Source: Candidatus Melainabacteria bacterium (GTDB taxonomy: Bacteria; Cyanobacteriota; Vampirovibrionia; Obscuribacterales; Obscuribacteraceae). Taken from it: a stretch of DNA of 64,000 nt. The translations under genes and the position numbers were made by a program. Below the pieces are notes generated by a model. The model saw nothing but the letters and a program-made list of their open reading frames with translations. It made no database searches and was not told the DNA's origin. Position 1 is the first letter of the stretch. Each line of letters opens with the position of its first letter. The stretch covers positions 113,706-177,705 of the forward strand of contig RXJR01000003.1 of the NCBI GenBank assembly GCA_003963305.1, written 5' to 3'. Positions 27,671-37,266 of this stretch are shown one piece after another.

Positions 27671-28393
27671 CTAGCTGCTTACTCCCGATGGTTCAGCAGA
27701 TCGCCACGCTTGAGCGACCAAGATGGCGCCTACGCAGCTTGCTATGAAGCCGCAGATAGGTATAAGCGCGATTCCTATTACACTGACGGCCGGCACGACG
27801 ATTCCAAGCCATTGGATTCCCACGATAAGAAGCCACGCTTGTAGGAAGATGTGAGCTGATGATGCCAACTTTTTTACTACTGTGATCACGTCGAAAGCCG
27901 CTGCCATATGCTCTCGTTTGGCGAAGTTGGCCATGATGATTGTGTTGACCACAGAGATTGTAATTGCTGAAAACGTAACGAGAGCAATAGATGTCGCAGC
28001 CCAGAACGTGTACATATTTCCAGTGATGAATTTTTGACCGCCTATGATGGCGTACAACATCGAAATGGTCGCAATTGATATTGGAATCAAGCTCTGACCA
28101 AATGTGACAGCGATCCAGGCTATGCCTGAGATCAACAGGTCAAGCCAGTCGTTCCACTTTGGAAGAGGCGCTTGCATGTCGGCAATTTTCGCTCTCACCA
28201 CACGCAAGTAATATCCTGTCAGCAAGCCGCAGAGGCAGAGTGCAAGAGGATAAAACAAAGGTCCGAGGAAAAACAGCAAAAGTACGCCGCCGCTGAAAAT
28301 GCCGCCGATGCCTGCTTTCGCTCTCCAGTCAGGATCTGCGAAGAATTGACGAAAAGCAGCGTTTGGGTCGAGACCGGTTTGTTGTGTGGACAA
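27671..28393 (-). CDS. Multi-pass membrane protein, DUF4013-like
   Basis: 240-aa ORF. N-terminal FFADPDWRAKAGIGGIF and LLTGYYLRVVR resemble the DUF4013 signature as I recall it. About 6 hydrophobic helices. Confidence 0.5.
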   Translation of the reverse strand: MSTQQTGLDPNAAFRQFFADPDWRAKAGIGGIFSGGVLLLFFLGPLFYPLALCLCGLLTGYYLRVVRAKIADMQAPLPKWNDWLDLLISGIAWIAVTFGQSLIPISIATISMLYAIIGGQKFITGNMYTFWAATSIALVTFSAITISVVNTIIMANFAKREHMAAAFDVITVVKKLASSAHIFLQAWLLIVGIQWLGIVVPAVSVIGIALIPICGFIASCVGAILVAQAWRSAEPSGVSS

Positions 28394-28395
28394 GA

Positions 28396-29244
28396 CTATT
28401 TGTGCTCCCTGGCCTTTTCGTTTTCTGATTTCCTGGTTTGTTTACTGCCGTTGCCTTCAGCTGGATGGAAGAAGTTCTTCAAGTCATCAACTGCTTCTAG
28501 TTTGCGCATCGCCGTGTGATCCGTCATGTTGAATGAGATGGGCGTGATAGAGACATAGCCGTTTGCTACAGCCCACACGTCTGAGTTTTCCTTCTCATCT
28601 ACTTCGATTGCTTCTCCTGCTAACCAGTAGTAGACGCGACCGCGCGGGTCTGAGCGTTTTTCGAAGTAATCGTCGTACAGTCGCACGCCCAACTCAGTTA
28701 TGCGAACTCCTTTCACCTGGTCGAACGGTACGCAGGGAACGTTCACATTGAGCAGACTGCGCTGCGCCAAATGCGCTTTGGGAAAGACTTTCACGAGCTT
28801 GGCGATGAATTCGGCGGCCGTTTCGTAGTGCCTCGTTTCAGCGTACATCAGGCTGACAGCAATACTTGGAATGTCCATGAACGCCCCTTCCATTGCGGCG
28901 GCAACAGTTCCTGAGTAAAGGACTTCGCTGCCAAGGTTCGGACCGCTGTTTATGCCTGAAATGACGATGTCAGGTATTGGGCTGCCAACCAATTGTGTTA
29001 CGGCGAGCTTCACACAATCACTTGGCGTGCCACTTGTCGACCAGGCATGTTTGACCTTGCCCGGCAACTGCACTTCCTCGGTACGCAGTGGTTTGTGCAG
29101 AGTCAAAGAGTGACCGGTGGCGCTTCTTTCGCGATCTGGAGCGACTACATAGACCTGATGTTCCGGTTCTTCGGCAAGGCGTTGAGCCAATACCTGAATG
29201 CCCTTCGCGTTTATGCCGTCGTCATTTGATATCAGAATTTTCAA
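28396..29244 (-). CDS. surE: 5'/3'-nucleotidase SurE
   Basis: MKILISNDDGINAKG N-terminus and GINSGPNLG motif. Carries a short Lys-rich C-terminal tail. Confidence 0.92.
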   Translation of the reverse strand: MKILISNDDGINAKGIQVLAQRLAEEPEHQVYVVAPDRERSATGHSLTLHKPLRTEEVQLPGKVKHAWSTSGTPSDCVKLAVTQLVGSPIPDIVISGINSGPNLGSEVLYSGTVAAAMEGAFMDIPSIAVSLMYAETRHYETAAEFIAKLVKVFPKAHLAQRSLLNVNVPCVPFDQVKGVRITELGVRLYDDYFEKRSDPRGRVYYWLAGEAIEVDEKENSDVWAVANGYVSITPISFNMTDHTAMRKLEAVDDLKNFFHPAEGNGSKQTRKSENEKAREHK

Positions 29245-29386
29245 GGTTGCCGCTCCGATTTGCTTCTTTCGAGCATTGTATAGGCTTTTATCTTGCTATC
29301 CTAAAAGCAAAGAAGTAGTATTCGATTTATATTGTCTCGTTGCTGCGTGATGCCTCACGGTGAGCAATTTTTAATTGGAGTGCCTG

Positions 29387-30532
29387 ATGTTTGACTTTGT
29401 ATTTGAGCGTGCAAGCGAGTCCCTCCTGGGAGTCATCTATCTGTCTCTGGATGAGTGTTTGAGGCTCAACAATAAATGGGTCGGATCGGAGCACGTTTTG
29501 CTCGGTTTGATCAATTCGCAAAATACCGAAGACGACAATTTGGCCGGGCGTGCACTTGCTTCGATGAGCGTTGACTCGAAAAATGCGTTTCAAGAAATTG
29601 AGAATCATCTCCGGCTAAATCCCGATTCTGAGCCAGTCTTCAATGACAGACCTCAGAGCGTCGATGCAGTGGCTAAATTGACCGGCCGCCACGCTGCACT
29701 CGAGCAACCTGCATTCAGTCAAGCAATTGTTGAGGCGATGAAGCGCGCTGAAGAATATTCGGTCTTCTATGGCTCAGAGGAAATTGAACCAGAACATTTT
29801 CTTCTCGGAATTCTAGATCTCAAGGAAGCCGGTGCCATCACCGTCTTTGAAGAGCTGAGCGTTAATCTCGAATTCTTGAGAAAGCAGATCATTCAACTGA
29901 TCGCTGAAGAATCATTTCTCAGAGGCAACATCGGCGGGCTGCGCAGTTCGCTCATTCAAGGGTTAGCCGAGTTTGTCGAAAGACATTATCGTTCAGTCAA
30001 CAGTTTGAACAATTTAGCCCAGCGAAGTGGGCACACACGGCTGCACTTGCCATCACGCAGTGAAATTGTGCACATGGTGGTAATAACGTATCTGAGCGAG
30101 TTTCTCTCTACGCAAGTGTGCTTCCAGCGATATTTGCTCGAAGAGAGCATTCGCAATTTGTCACAGCGTGTCGGCAGCCTTGACCAGGAGACAACCGCCA
30201 CCATCGTCACGAGCGCTGCGCAGAATCTGCGCGCTGAAGTGCGCAGCACGATCGAGCATATGTGGTGCAACGAATATCGCATTCTCTCCACGATGCTTGA
30301 TGAAGCGGAGCATGATCTGATCGGCAGTGTAATCGAAGACCTCTGGTGGGCTCAGAGCGAAGAAATCGCCTTACATGAGTCATTCGCAGAAGCTCTGGAC
30401 GATCATCGTCGCAAGCATCTTCTCAATTTGCAGCAGCGCAGAATCGAAATTTCCTCGCGTCTTAACAAGTTAACAACGCGATTGAATGACACCATCAAGC
30501 AATGCTTCTTGAAGCATCCAATCTCGGCTTGA
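29387..30532 (+). CDS. Orphan Clp N-terminal (Clp_N double repeat) domain protein with helical C-terminal region, no AAA+ module
   Basis: Two Clp_N repeats (VGSEHVLLGLIN and IEPEHFLLGILD), then about 200 aa of helical sequence with no Walker motifs. Start set to ATG 29387, 6 nt after GGAG (29377-29380), rather than the track TTG at 29375. Confidence 0.7.
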   Translation: MFDFVFERASESLLGVIYLSLDECLRLNNKWVGSEHVLLGLINSQNTEDDNLAGRALASMSVDSKNAFQEIENHLRLNPDSEPVFNDRPQSVDAVAKLTGRHAALEQPAFSQAIVEAMKRAEEYSVFYGSEEIEPEHFLLGILDLKEAGAITVFEELSVNLEFLRKQIIQLIAEESFLRGNIGGLRSSLIQGLAEFVERHYRSVNSLNNLAQRSGHTRLHLPSRSEIVHMVVITYLSEFLSTQVCFQRYLLEESIRNLSQRVGSLDQETTATIVTSAAQNLRAEVRSTIEHMWCNEYRILSTMLDEAEHDLIGSVIEDLWWAQSEEIALHESFAEALDDHRRKHLLNLQQRRIEISSRLNKLTTRLNDTIKQCFLKHPISA

Positions 30533-30630
30533 CAGCATTGCGCTGACGCACACAAAACAAAGCTGAACGCACGTGAGAGTGGTCATGTGCATTCACATTG
30601 CATAGAGCGCGGCCGAATCCTGTCCTGAAT

Positions 30631-31095
30631 CTAGATGCGCAGAACGTACGGACATTTCGTACAGAATGCTTTGGCGAATTGAGTCGGATGTCCGTCCATG
30701 TCGAAACCATCGATGACATTGGTACGCAGGGGCGAACCACAGTCAGGGCATTTCAGATTCTCGACGCCGTCCAGAATATCGCGCGCTAAGTTCTCTGCCG
30801 TTTCGGCATCCAGCATATGTGACACCGGCAGTGGAGCGACCGCACTGTGACGTTGCTCCACTTCCTTAAGTAACGCCGGTTCAATGCTCAGGGCTTTCGA
30901 TAATCTCTGTCTGTCTGTGGAACTCAACCATGTTTCGAGACCAGCTTCGAGATCCTCTACTCTTTTGATGGGGAAATTCGCCAGTTCGGCCACATCCAAC
31001 ACAGTCATGTTGCGAATCTCGCGAACTTGCACGAGTCTTCGTGCCAGCGTCGGGGCTAATTTCAGGTTAGTTGGCAGAGGCTTAAATTGTTTCAT
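30631..31095 (-). CDS. XRE-family helix-turn-helix protein with C-terminal zinc-ribbon
   Basis: HTH segment REIRNMTVLDVAELANFPIKRVEDLEAG. C-terminal CPDCGSPL...CTKCPY four-Cys ribbon. Divergent from the 31197 operon with a 101-bp spacer. Confidence 0.7.
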   Translation of the reverse strand: MKQFKPLPTNLKLAPTLARRLVQVREIRNMTVLDVAELANFPIKRVEDLEAGLETWLSSTDRQRLSKALSIEPALLKEVEQRHSAVAPLPVSHMLDAETAENLARDILDGVENLKCPDCGSPLRTNVIDGFDMDGHPTQFAKAFCTKCPYVLRI

Positions 31096-31196
31096 TCTTT
31101 TTTTGTTTGTGACTTGAATTGATTGCGACTAACCAATTTTAGTTGAATTCTGACCCGGCCAGGGTAGATTCAATCAAGATGTAGCAATGTGCGAAA

Positions 31197-32621
31197 ATGG
31201 ATGACATGGAAGAGCCAGTCGAGACCGCCGAAAAGCAGATGGAGCGCCCACAGGAAAGTCAAGCGCTTGAACGTCGCGCCGGCGGTCGCAGCGGGACGCG
31301 GAGAAGCTCAAATACGACCAATGAGCCGAGCCTGATTGCACCCGATGGTGTAAAGAGTTTGATCACTAAGCTTTCGCAGCGTTATTGCAAGGATGGCAGG
31401 CCATTTGCAATTGCTTCTCTCGACATTCTCGAATATGAACAGGTCAGTAATGTTCTTGGTGCCGTTGCTGCCGAACAGCTGGATAGGCTTGGTAAGGTTG
31501 TCTGCACGAACTCACTGCGTGGCAGCGATCGTCTTTGTTTTTTTGAGCCGGGGCATATCTTGATAATTTTGCCTGATACTACGGAAGAAGCGGCCAATAT
31601 TGTCATGGAACGCATTACGCAATCAATCGCATCTGCGAAGCTGCAGCATAAGAACAAACCCCTGCGTGCCAGCGGCGCCTTCCAGGTTGCCGCCAGTGAT
31701 ATCGCTGAGGATGGCGCCGAAATTTTGGCACCAGATACGGAAGCTTTGATGGAATCTATCGGTTACAAATTCGATGCGCAAGATCATCTCTACAATACGC
31801 AGCTTTCATCGATGCGTCTTTTTACCAAAAAGCAACGGCCGTTTTCTGGAAGTTTTTCTGTATGGTCTGATCGGTATGTAAATATCATCACCACTAAATT
31901 AGAGAAGTCCGTTGATAACAGTCCATTGCCGCAAGGAGTTATTTTCATACGTGCTACAGCAGAAGATATGTGGCAAGCCAATCGAACCGTCAATTTGAAG
32001 ATGTTCGAGCTGGCTGATCGAGCCGCTAAGTTTGATCCTGATGCACTGGCTCTGGTGGCGCGGCGTGCCAGAGTGTTGCAGCAGATTGACCACCCAGGTG
32101 TTTCCCGTCTGGTTGATTTCCATACATACGAAGATCGTTGTTTGTACTTGATTGAAAATCAAGTTATCGGAAAACCTCTCGGTAGCATACGCGCTAATCT
32201 GGAAACTGTTTTGGCCTGGGGCGTGCAGTTGTGCAACACCTTGATTTATTTGCAAGGTCTGATGCCGCCTTTGATTCCACCGCCACTTAAGATTGAGAAT
32301 TTTGTCGTTTCCGCAGAGAATCAAATTGTTTTGCTTGATTATGAATTGCCCTATCTACTCAGCCCGTTGATGGTGCAACACGATAGCAGCTCTGAAACAA
32401 ATGCTTCTCCCCTGAGCGCTCCCTACAATCGTTTTGGCTTGGAGAATTTGCTCATGTTTTTGTATGACATGATTGCCAAGTCTGAGCACCACCGTGATCT
32501 CAGTGATTTATTCGACGTTAAAGATTCTGATCGTCTGAGTGAGAAATTGAACAGTCTCTTCAAAATTCGTGCCGAATTGAAGAAGGCTATCGATAAGATT
32601 TCTGCTGGTGCGACAGCCTGA
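31197..32621 (+). CDS. Fusion protein: degenerate GGDEF-like palm domain + protein-kinase-like (pseudokinase) domain
   Basis: FAIASLDILEYEQVSNVLGAVAAEQLDRLGKVVCTNSLRGSDRLCFFEPGHILIILPDTTEEA aligns to the GGDEF domain core, with GGDEF replaced by EPGHI. The C-terminal half is kinase-like (IDHPGVSRLVDF, YLIENQVIGKPL, LIYLQG, PPLKIENFVV in place of HRDLKPENIL, LLDYELPY in place of DFG). Confidence 0.6.
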   Translation: MDDMEEPVETAEKQMERPQESQALERRAGGRSGTRRSSNTTNEPSLIAPDGVKSLITKLSQRYCKDGRPFAIASLDILEYEQVSNVLGAVAAEQLDRLGKVVCTNSLRGSDRLCFFEPGHILIILPDTTEEAANIVMERITQSIASAKLQHKNKPLRASGAFQVAASDIAEDGAEILAPDTEALMESIGYKFDAQDHLYNTQLSSMRLFTKKQRPFSGSFSVWSDRYVNIITTKLEKSVDNSPLPQGVIFIRATAEDMWQANRTVNLKMFELADRAAKFDPDALALVARRARVLQQIDHPGVSRLVDFHTYEDRCLYLIENQVIGKPLGSIRANLETVLAWGVQLCNTLIYLQGLMPPLIPPPLKIENFVVSAENQIVLLDYELPYLLSPLMVQHDSSSETNASPLSAPYNRFGLENLLMFLYDMIAKSEHHRDLSDLFDVKDSDRLSEKLNSLFKIRAELKKAIDKISAGATA

Positions 32622-33811
32622 TGCTCGATTTCACAAAAGTCGTTCAGCAAATCGACTCGATTAGCCGTGATAGTTTTATCGATACTGATGCGGTGCAAGA
32701 AACGATCGATAACGCTCTTGCCGCTCTCGATCGGGCGATTCGTTCACCTGCTGAATTCACGACTCGACTTGATGAAAACGCCGGTTGGGTGCTGTGGCCT
32801 GTTGCGACCCCTCTTGAGGATATTGGAGTCAAACATAGTCTCCCTGTCGCAGACGATGCCTATACGGTGGTCGCTGTGGATGGGTCTCAGATAATGCCCA
32901 GTCATCATGAAGTTCATTCCTGCTATTTGCTAAATGTTGGCATGGCTTTGATAAGTTATGGTGCCAAACTGCCACCACGCCTGGAGACTGTGCCAAAGCT
33001 CTACTCCCGTCCGGAGGATCTCTATCCTCTTGTCGATAGACGGCGCTTGCACATCGATGAGTTGTACGTTTCGCTCGAGCGCACAATCATGGAACTCGAG
33101 ATTTTGACCACAGCTTGCCTGGAAGCAAAGGAAAGAGGATTGCCCGTGCTGGCTCTCTACGATGGTTCGTTGCTGCCCTGGAGTGTGGAGAAATTACCGG
33201 ATGGATATCAGCATACTTATATTCGAAGAATGTCGGAGGCTCTCTCCACTCTCGAACACAATCGAATCCCAATAATTGGTTATCTAAGCCACAGCCGTGG
33301 TGCGGATATTGTCAACTGCTTACGCGTTTTGATCTGTCCCTATGAGACCAGTCAATGTCGAGAACATTGTGGTGACTTAAACGAAGAAGATTTTCCCTGC
33401 TCGAAAGTCTGGCCTCTATCTGACCGTGTACTTTTCAAACCGCATTTGAATTTGAATGAGCGCAGCGCTGTTTTCTTGTCTGGCGCCAGCGTTTCAAAAC
33501 TGCTGCCTCGCGAACACAGGATCTGTTTCAGCTATTTGAACGTCGGTGAGGAAATCGCGCGTCTTGAGTTTCCGCGCTGGCTCATCGGTCAGGATGAGCA
33601 GATGCATGCGGCGATGAGCATGATTTTGTCTCAGTGCCAGAAAGGAATGGGGTATCCAATTTCTCTGGCTGAGTCGCATCACCTGGCCGTCATCAAGGGA
33701 ACGGACCGCGATCAATTTTTTGAACTGATCACGAGGCATCTGCTTACTCTGGGAGTAAGTCAAATCAAGACCAGCCCAAAGCAATCGAAAAAGCGATGGG
33801 GTTTTGTTTAA
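32621..33811 (+). CDS. NurA-domain nuclease-like protein
   Basis: Catalytic-Asp context VVAVDGSQI, then LALYDGSLLPW, IIGYLSHSRGADIV, ERSAVF, and C-terminal ARLEFPRW and GMGYPISLAESHHLAVI, as in NurA family proteins. ATG overlaps the upstream stop (TGATG at 32619-32623). Confidence 0.65.
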   Translation: MLDFTKVVQQIDSISRDSFIDTDAVQETIDNALAALDRAIRSPAEFTTRLDENAGWVLWPVATPLEDIGVKHSLPVADDAYTVVAVDGSQIMPSHHEVHSCYLLNVGMALISYGAKLPPRLETVPKLYSRPEDLYPLVDRRRLHIDELYVSLERTIMELEILTTACLEAKERGLPVLALYDGSLLPWSVEKLPDGYQHTYIRRMSEALSTLEHNRIPIIGYLSHSRGADIVNCLRVLICPYETSQCREHCGDLNEEDFPCSKVWPLSDRVLFKPHLNLNERSAVFLSGASVSKLLPREHRICFSYLNVGEEIARLEFPRWLIGQDEQMHAAMSMILSQCQKGMGYPISLAESHHLAVIKGTDRDQFFELITRHLLTLGVSQIKTSPKQSKKRWGFV

Positions 33812-33816
33812 CGTCG

Positions 33817-34389
33817 TTACTTAGCAGACCCGGCTTGTACTGGCTCTTTTACGTAGTCTTCCGTTGAGAGCAACTTCGCATAGCCAAATCCAAGCGCCGA
33901 CATGAATGCCGCATGTACTTGTTGGGCAGGAATTATCTGTCCATTCAATTCCAGATCTTTTGAAGCACAGGCATCGTGAACGACATTGACTTTGTAGCCG
34001 AAGTCATTTGACGCACGCGTAACAGCATCGATGCACATATGACTCATTGCACCGCAAATAACCACTTCGTCGATGCCGTTCTTGTCGAGAATTTCTTTCA
34101 AATCCGTTTCTCGATATGAGTTTATATGGTGTTTCAATACAACTGCTTCGTTTTCCAGATTTCTCACTCTGTTATTGATTTTGGCTCCTTCACTGCCGGG
34201 GGCGAAAAATGGAGCTTCGGCTGTTGGAAATTCGTGGCGGATATGAACAACCAGGTCGCCCTTTTGGCGTGCCGATTCGAGCAACCTGGCTGCGTTGTCA
34301 GCCGCTGCTTCGATGCCGTGCAATGTCCACTTGCCGCCTGGGAAATAGTCGTTCTGGATGTCGACGAAAATAACTGCCCGTTTACTCAT
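33817..34389 (-). CDS. Isochorismatase-family cysteine hydrolase
   Basis: AVIFVDIQNDYF N-terminus, conserved Lys region and catalytic Cys context VICGAMSHMCIDAVTR. Confidence 0.85.
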   Translation of the reverse strand: MSKRAVIFVDIQNDYFPGGKWTLHGIEAAADNAARLLESARQKGDLVVHIRHEFPTAEAPFFAPGSEGAKINNRVRNLENEAVVLKHHINSYRETDLKEILDKNGIDEVVICGAMSHMCIDAVTRASNDFGYKVNVVHDACASKDLELNGQIIPAQQVHAAFMSALGFGYAKLLSTEDYVKEPVQAGSAK

Positions 34390-34519
34390 GATTTGTCCTC
34401 AAATTGCCGCTGCTGATTCTAGCGCGGACTGCGTTCAAGAACATTGAATCCCGTGTATCGGGCAGCACCGGGTGTTATCATTGCGAACTCTGATTTGAGC
34501 TGCTGAGAGGTCTTAACGC

Positions 34520-35098
34520 TTGATCGATTCAAATGCTGTTCCTCCCGTAATCGAGACACCGCGGCTCATTTTGCGCCTTCTCGAGCCGTATGAAGCAGAA
34601 CTGGCTCTTTCCTTCTATTTAGACAACCAGGAGCATCTGGTGAAGACAGGGCCGCGCTGGACCGCAGACTTTTTTGAACTGGATCGCTGGAGATTGCAGC
34701 TTAAAGTCAACAGAGACGAATATTTTGCTGACGAATCGTTCAAGCTGTTTATGTTCGAGAAGGCGACTGGCTCGGTGATTGGCTTTGTAAATTTCAACAA
34801 CATCGTCAGACGTGTGGCTCAGTACTGCAATCTTGGCTATGGACTGGCGCAAGCTAAGCAGGGACAGGGCTTTATGGATGAGGCACTGCGGCATTCCATA
34901 AAGTATTCATTTGAAGTCTTGAATTTGCATCGCGTGATGGCTAACTACATGCCGCACAACGTCAGAAGCGGACGGGTTCTCAAGAAACTCGGTTTTGTCG
35001 CCGAGGGTTTTGCACGCGATTATTTGTTCATCAACGGCAGGTGGGAGGATCATGTCTTGACCTCTTTGACCAATGACAAGTGGCGCGATACCTTGTGA
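34520..35098 (+). CDS. GNAT-family N-acetyltransferase (RimJ/RimL-like)
   Basis: TPRLILRLLEP N-terminus typical of the RimJ/L group. Acetyl-CoA site NLGYGLAQAKQGQGFMDEAL. Confidence 0.85.
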   Translation: MIDSNAVPPVIETPRLILRLLEPYEAELALSFYLDNQEHLVKTGPRWTADFFELDRWRLQLKVNRDEYFADESFKLFMFEKATGSVIGFVNFNNIVRRVAQYCNLGYGLAQAKQGQGFMDEALRHSIKYSFEVLNLHRVMANYMPHNVRSGRVLKKLGFVAEGFARDYLFINGRWEDHVLTSLTNDKWRDTL

Positions 35099-35214
35099 AC
35101 CGGTAATTTGTGCATCGTAATATGCTTTATACGAAGTTCAATCGCCCAAATGATGGTTAAAACGGGTAGGATGGAAGTGCGTATCGTCTCTCCATCGAAA
35201 GAACAGGCAATGTT

Positions 35215-36075
35215 ATGAATTCATATTCTGGTTTGCACGCTCTATACATGTGTTTTTTCTCCAAGGACCTGTACCGCAGTGTCGTGCGAACTTGGAAAGG
35301 CATCGCGTTTCTCTATTTATTTCTTTTGATCATGACGTCCTGGTTACTGATATCAGTCAAGGTCTATTTCGTAATGAGCGAAGTCATGAATGGACCTGTG
35401 AAAAAGCTCATTGAACGACTGCCGGTTGTTGAGATTAAAGACGGCGAATTCAAGATGGACAAACCATCACCTTATCGGCTCAATTTGAATTCGACCGATT
35501 CTATGGATCCTGCCGTACGGCAAACAAATCGGGAGGTGCCGATAGCGGTTTTCGATGCCACCACAGATGATGTTAAAGGCGATGAGACCATTCCATTTGT
35601 TGTTACAAAGCACTTTCTCTACATTCAAAATGGAAAGGATCCAAAGGCTCAGGAGTTTGAGCTCAAGACTTTCGGCGATGTGAACTACACTCGCGAGTCC
35701 TACATCGAGCTCGCTGAGACCATCAAGCTGTGGGTTCCAATCGTAGTGTTTCTCGTGGCTGGTCCGATTAGTTTTATCTGCTGCGCCATTCTCAGCTTGA
35801 TACTTGCAGCTATCGGCATGGCATCGGCTAACGGAATGAATGTCAAACTCACCTACGGGGAGTGTCTGCGCATCGCCTGTGTTGCTTTCACTCCGGCTGT
35901 ATTGCTTGACACCGTGCTGAAACTTTTGCCTTTGCCGCAGATGCCCTTGTGGCCCATTGTGGGATTTCTTGCTGCCGTTGGCTACACCATATTCGGTGTC
36001 ATGTCCAACAAGCAGACAGTTGTCGTCGAAGATTCATTCCCTGGTGGTACTAACGAGACAACGCCGACTACTTAG
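35215..36075 (+). CDS. Membrane protein, DUF1189-like
   Basis: 286-aa ORF. N-terminal LYRSVVRTWKGIAFLYLFLLI plus C-terminal cluster of TM helices. Family assignment is from memory only. Confidence 0.45.
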   Translation: MNSYSGLHALYMCFFSKDLYRSVVRTWKGIAFLYLFLLIMTSWLLISVKVYFVMSEVMNGPVKKLIERLPVVEIKDGEFKMDKPSPYRLNLNSTDSMDPAVRQTNREVPIAVFDATTDDVKGDETIPFVVTKHFLYIQNGKDPKAQEFELKTFGDVNYTRESYIELAETIKLWVPIVVFLVAGPISFICCAILSLILAAIGMASANGMNVKLTYGECLRIACVAFTPAVLLDTVLKLLPLPQMPLWPIVGFLAAVGYTIFGVMSNKQTVVVEDSFPGGTNETTPTT

Positions 36076-36168
36076 CGATGTATGTTCGGCAGTCTATTCA
36101 GTTTCGAACGGAAGCTGTAACTGCTGTAAATCCGGTAACTGCGGAAGTGATTATGTTACCGAAGTGAT

Positions 36169-36348
36169 TCAGTAACTTCTCTGGTCGCCGCTGTCGCTGA
36201 AGAAGCCGCTTTTAATAACGAAGTAAGCAACGATTCCGTACCAAATGAGCAGAATCAACATGCCGACAATGGGAAACTTCATGCCGAACTTGAAGAAAGG
36301 TCGGACGAAATAGTCGAGAAATAGTATGCCGGTGCTTGCGCCTATCAT
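36169..36348 (-). CDS. Small (59 aa) hydrophobic protein, not in the supplied ORF track (below 60-aa cutoff)
   Basis: My own translation: MIGASTGILFLDYFVRPFFKFGMKFPIVGMLILLIWYGIVAYFVIKSGFFSDSGDQRSY. AGGA lies 8 nt upstream of the ATG. One or two TM helices. Confidence 0.35.
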   Translation of the reverse strand: MIGASTGILFLDYFVRPFFKFGMKFPIVGMLILLIWYGIVAYFVIKSGFFSDSGDQRSY

Positions 36349-36582
36349 GAGAGCAATCCTAACTTCTCAACAACTGAATGTTCAATCGACTTAATAATGG
36401 AGACCGTGCTAATTAATCCGGTATATGGCTTCAATACCTGCTTACAGGCGCTGAGCCTGTCAGCGTCTTGACTATTTTAACTTGACAAGAGCAGATAATA
36501 TTAGGATGATTTAAGGCGCTTGGGTTTACTACCGAACTAAATAAGGCGTCCACTCACCCCATCTCTTCGTGGGCCTATCGAC

Positions 36583-37182
36583 ATGAACACTACAGGTTTA
36601 AACCTGCAGCAAGTTCATCCTGCCTCAGGTCAAAAGCCTGCAGGCAAAGATCCTGCTGCACCTGCGACAACGCACGAGGCTATTCAGTCCGCGCGGGCTC
36701 AGTCGCCTCATTCTCTCGAACACGATGCTCCAGCCATGGTGCAGACATTCGCTTCACCGCCGCCGCTTTCGCACAGAAGAGCAAGCGTCAGGCGGTCGTA
36801 TACTTCTTTGATTGCTATGGCTCCAAGTGAGAGCCTCTTGCCCCCATCCTGTCAGACGGACACCCGGCCGCTTCGCAACCACAGCGAACGCGCATTCAAT
36901 CTAGCGACCAATGCTGCGGCAACTGCTGCGGCAACTACTGCGACAACTACTGCGACAACTGCTGTGGCAAGTGGCATGAATTCACCTGTTGTGGAGACGG
37001 CTCCGGAGAGTCAGATGGCACCAATGCCGGTGCAGGAAGCAAAAGTAGCATCTGCGCCACCGATTGCTCGCGCCACTGCTTACCCTGAACGGTGTATAAG
37101 TGCCAAAGATATAATTGGCGCAATTGATGACTTATGGGGGCTGGATCAACTTCCCTCGGTCGAACTCTTTTCAAAAGAGTAA
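36583..37182 (+). CDS. Hypothetical low-complexity protein (Ala/Thr/Pro-rich)
   Basis: 199-aa ORF with AAATAAATTATTTATTAVA tract. No recognisable domain. Coding status is moderate only. Confidence 0.4.
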   Translation: MNTTGLNLQQVHPASGQKPAGKDPAAPATTHEAIQSARAQSPHSLEHDAPAMVQTFASPPPLSHRRASVRRSYTSLIAMAPSESLLPPSCQTDTRPLRNHSERAFNLATNAAATAAATTATTTATTAVASGMNSPVVETAPESQMAPMPVQEAKVASAPPIARATAYPERCISAKDIIGAIDDLWGLDQLPSVELFSKE

Positions 37183-37266
37183 TAGTCTGCGGCTGCAATC
37201 TTGCAAATTGCCTGCAGGACCTCGACTGCATGGGGAATTCCACAATTGCGGCTAGTATGTTTTAGT

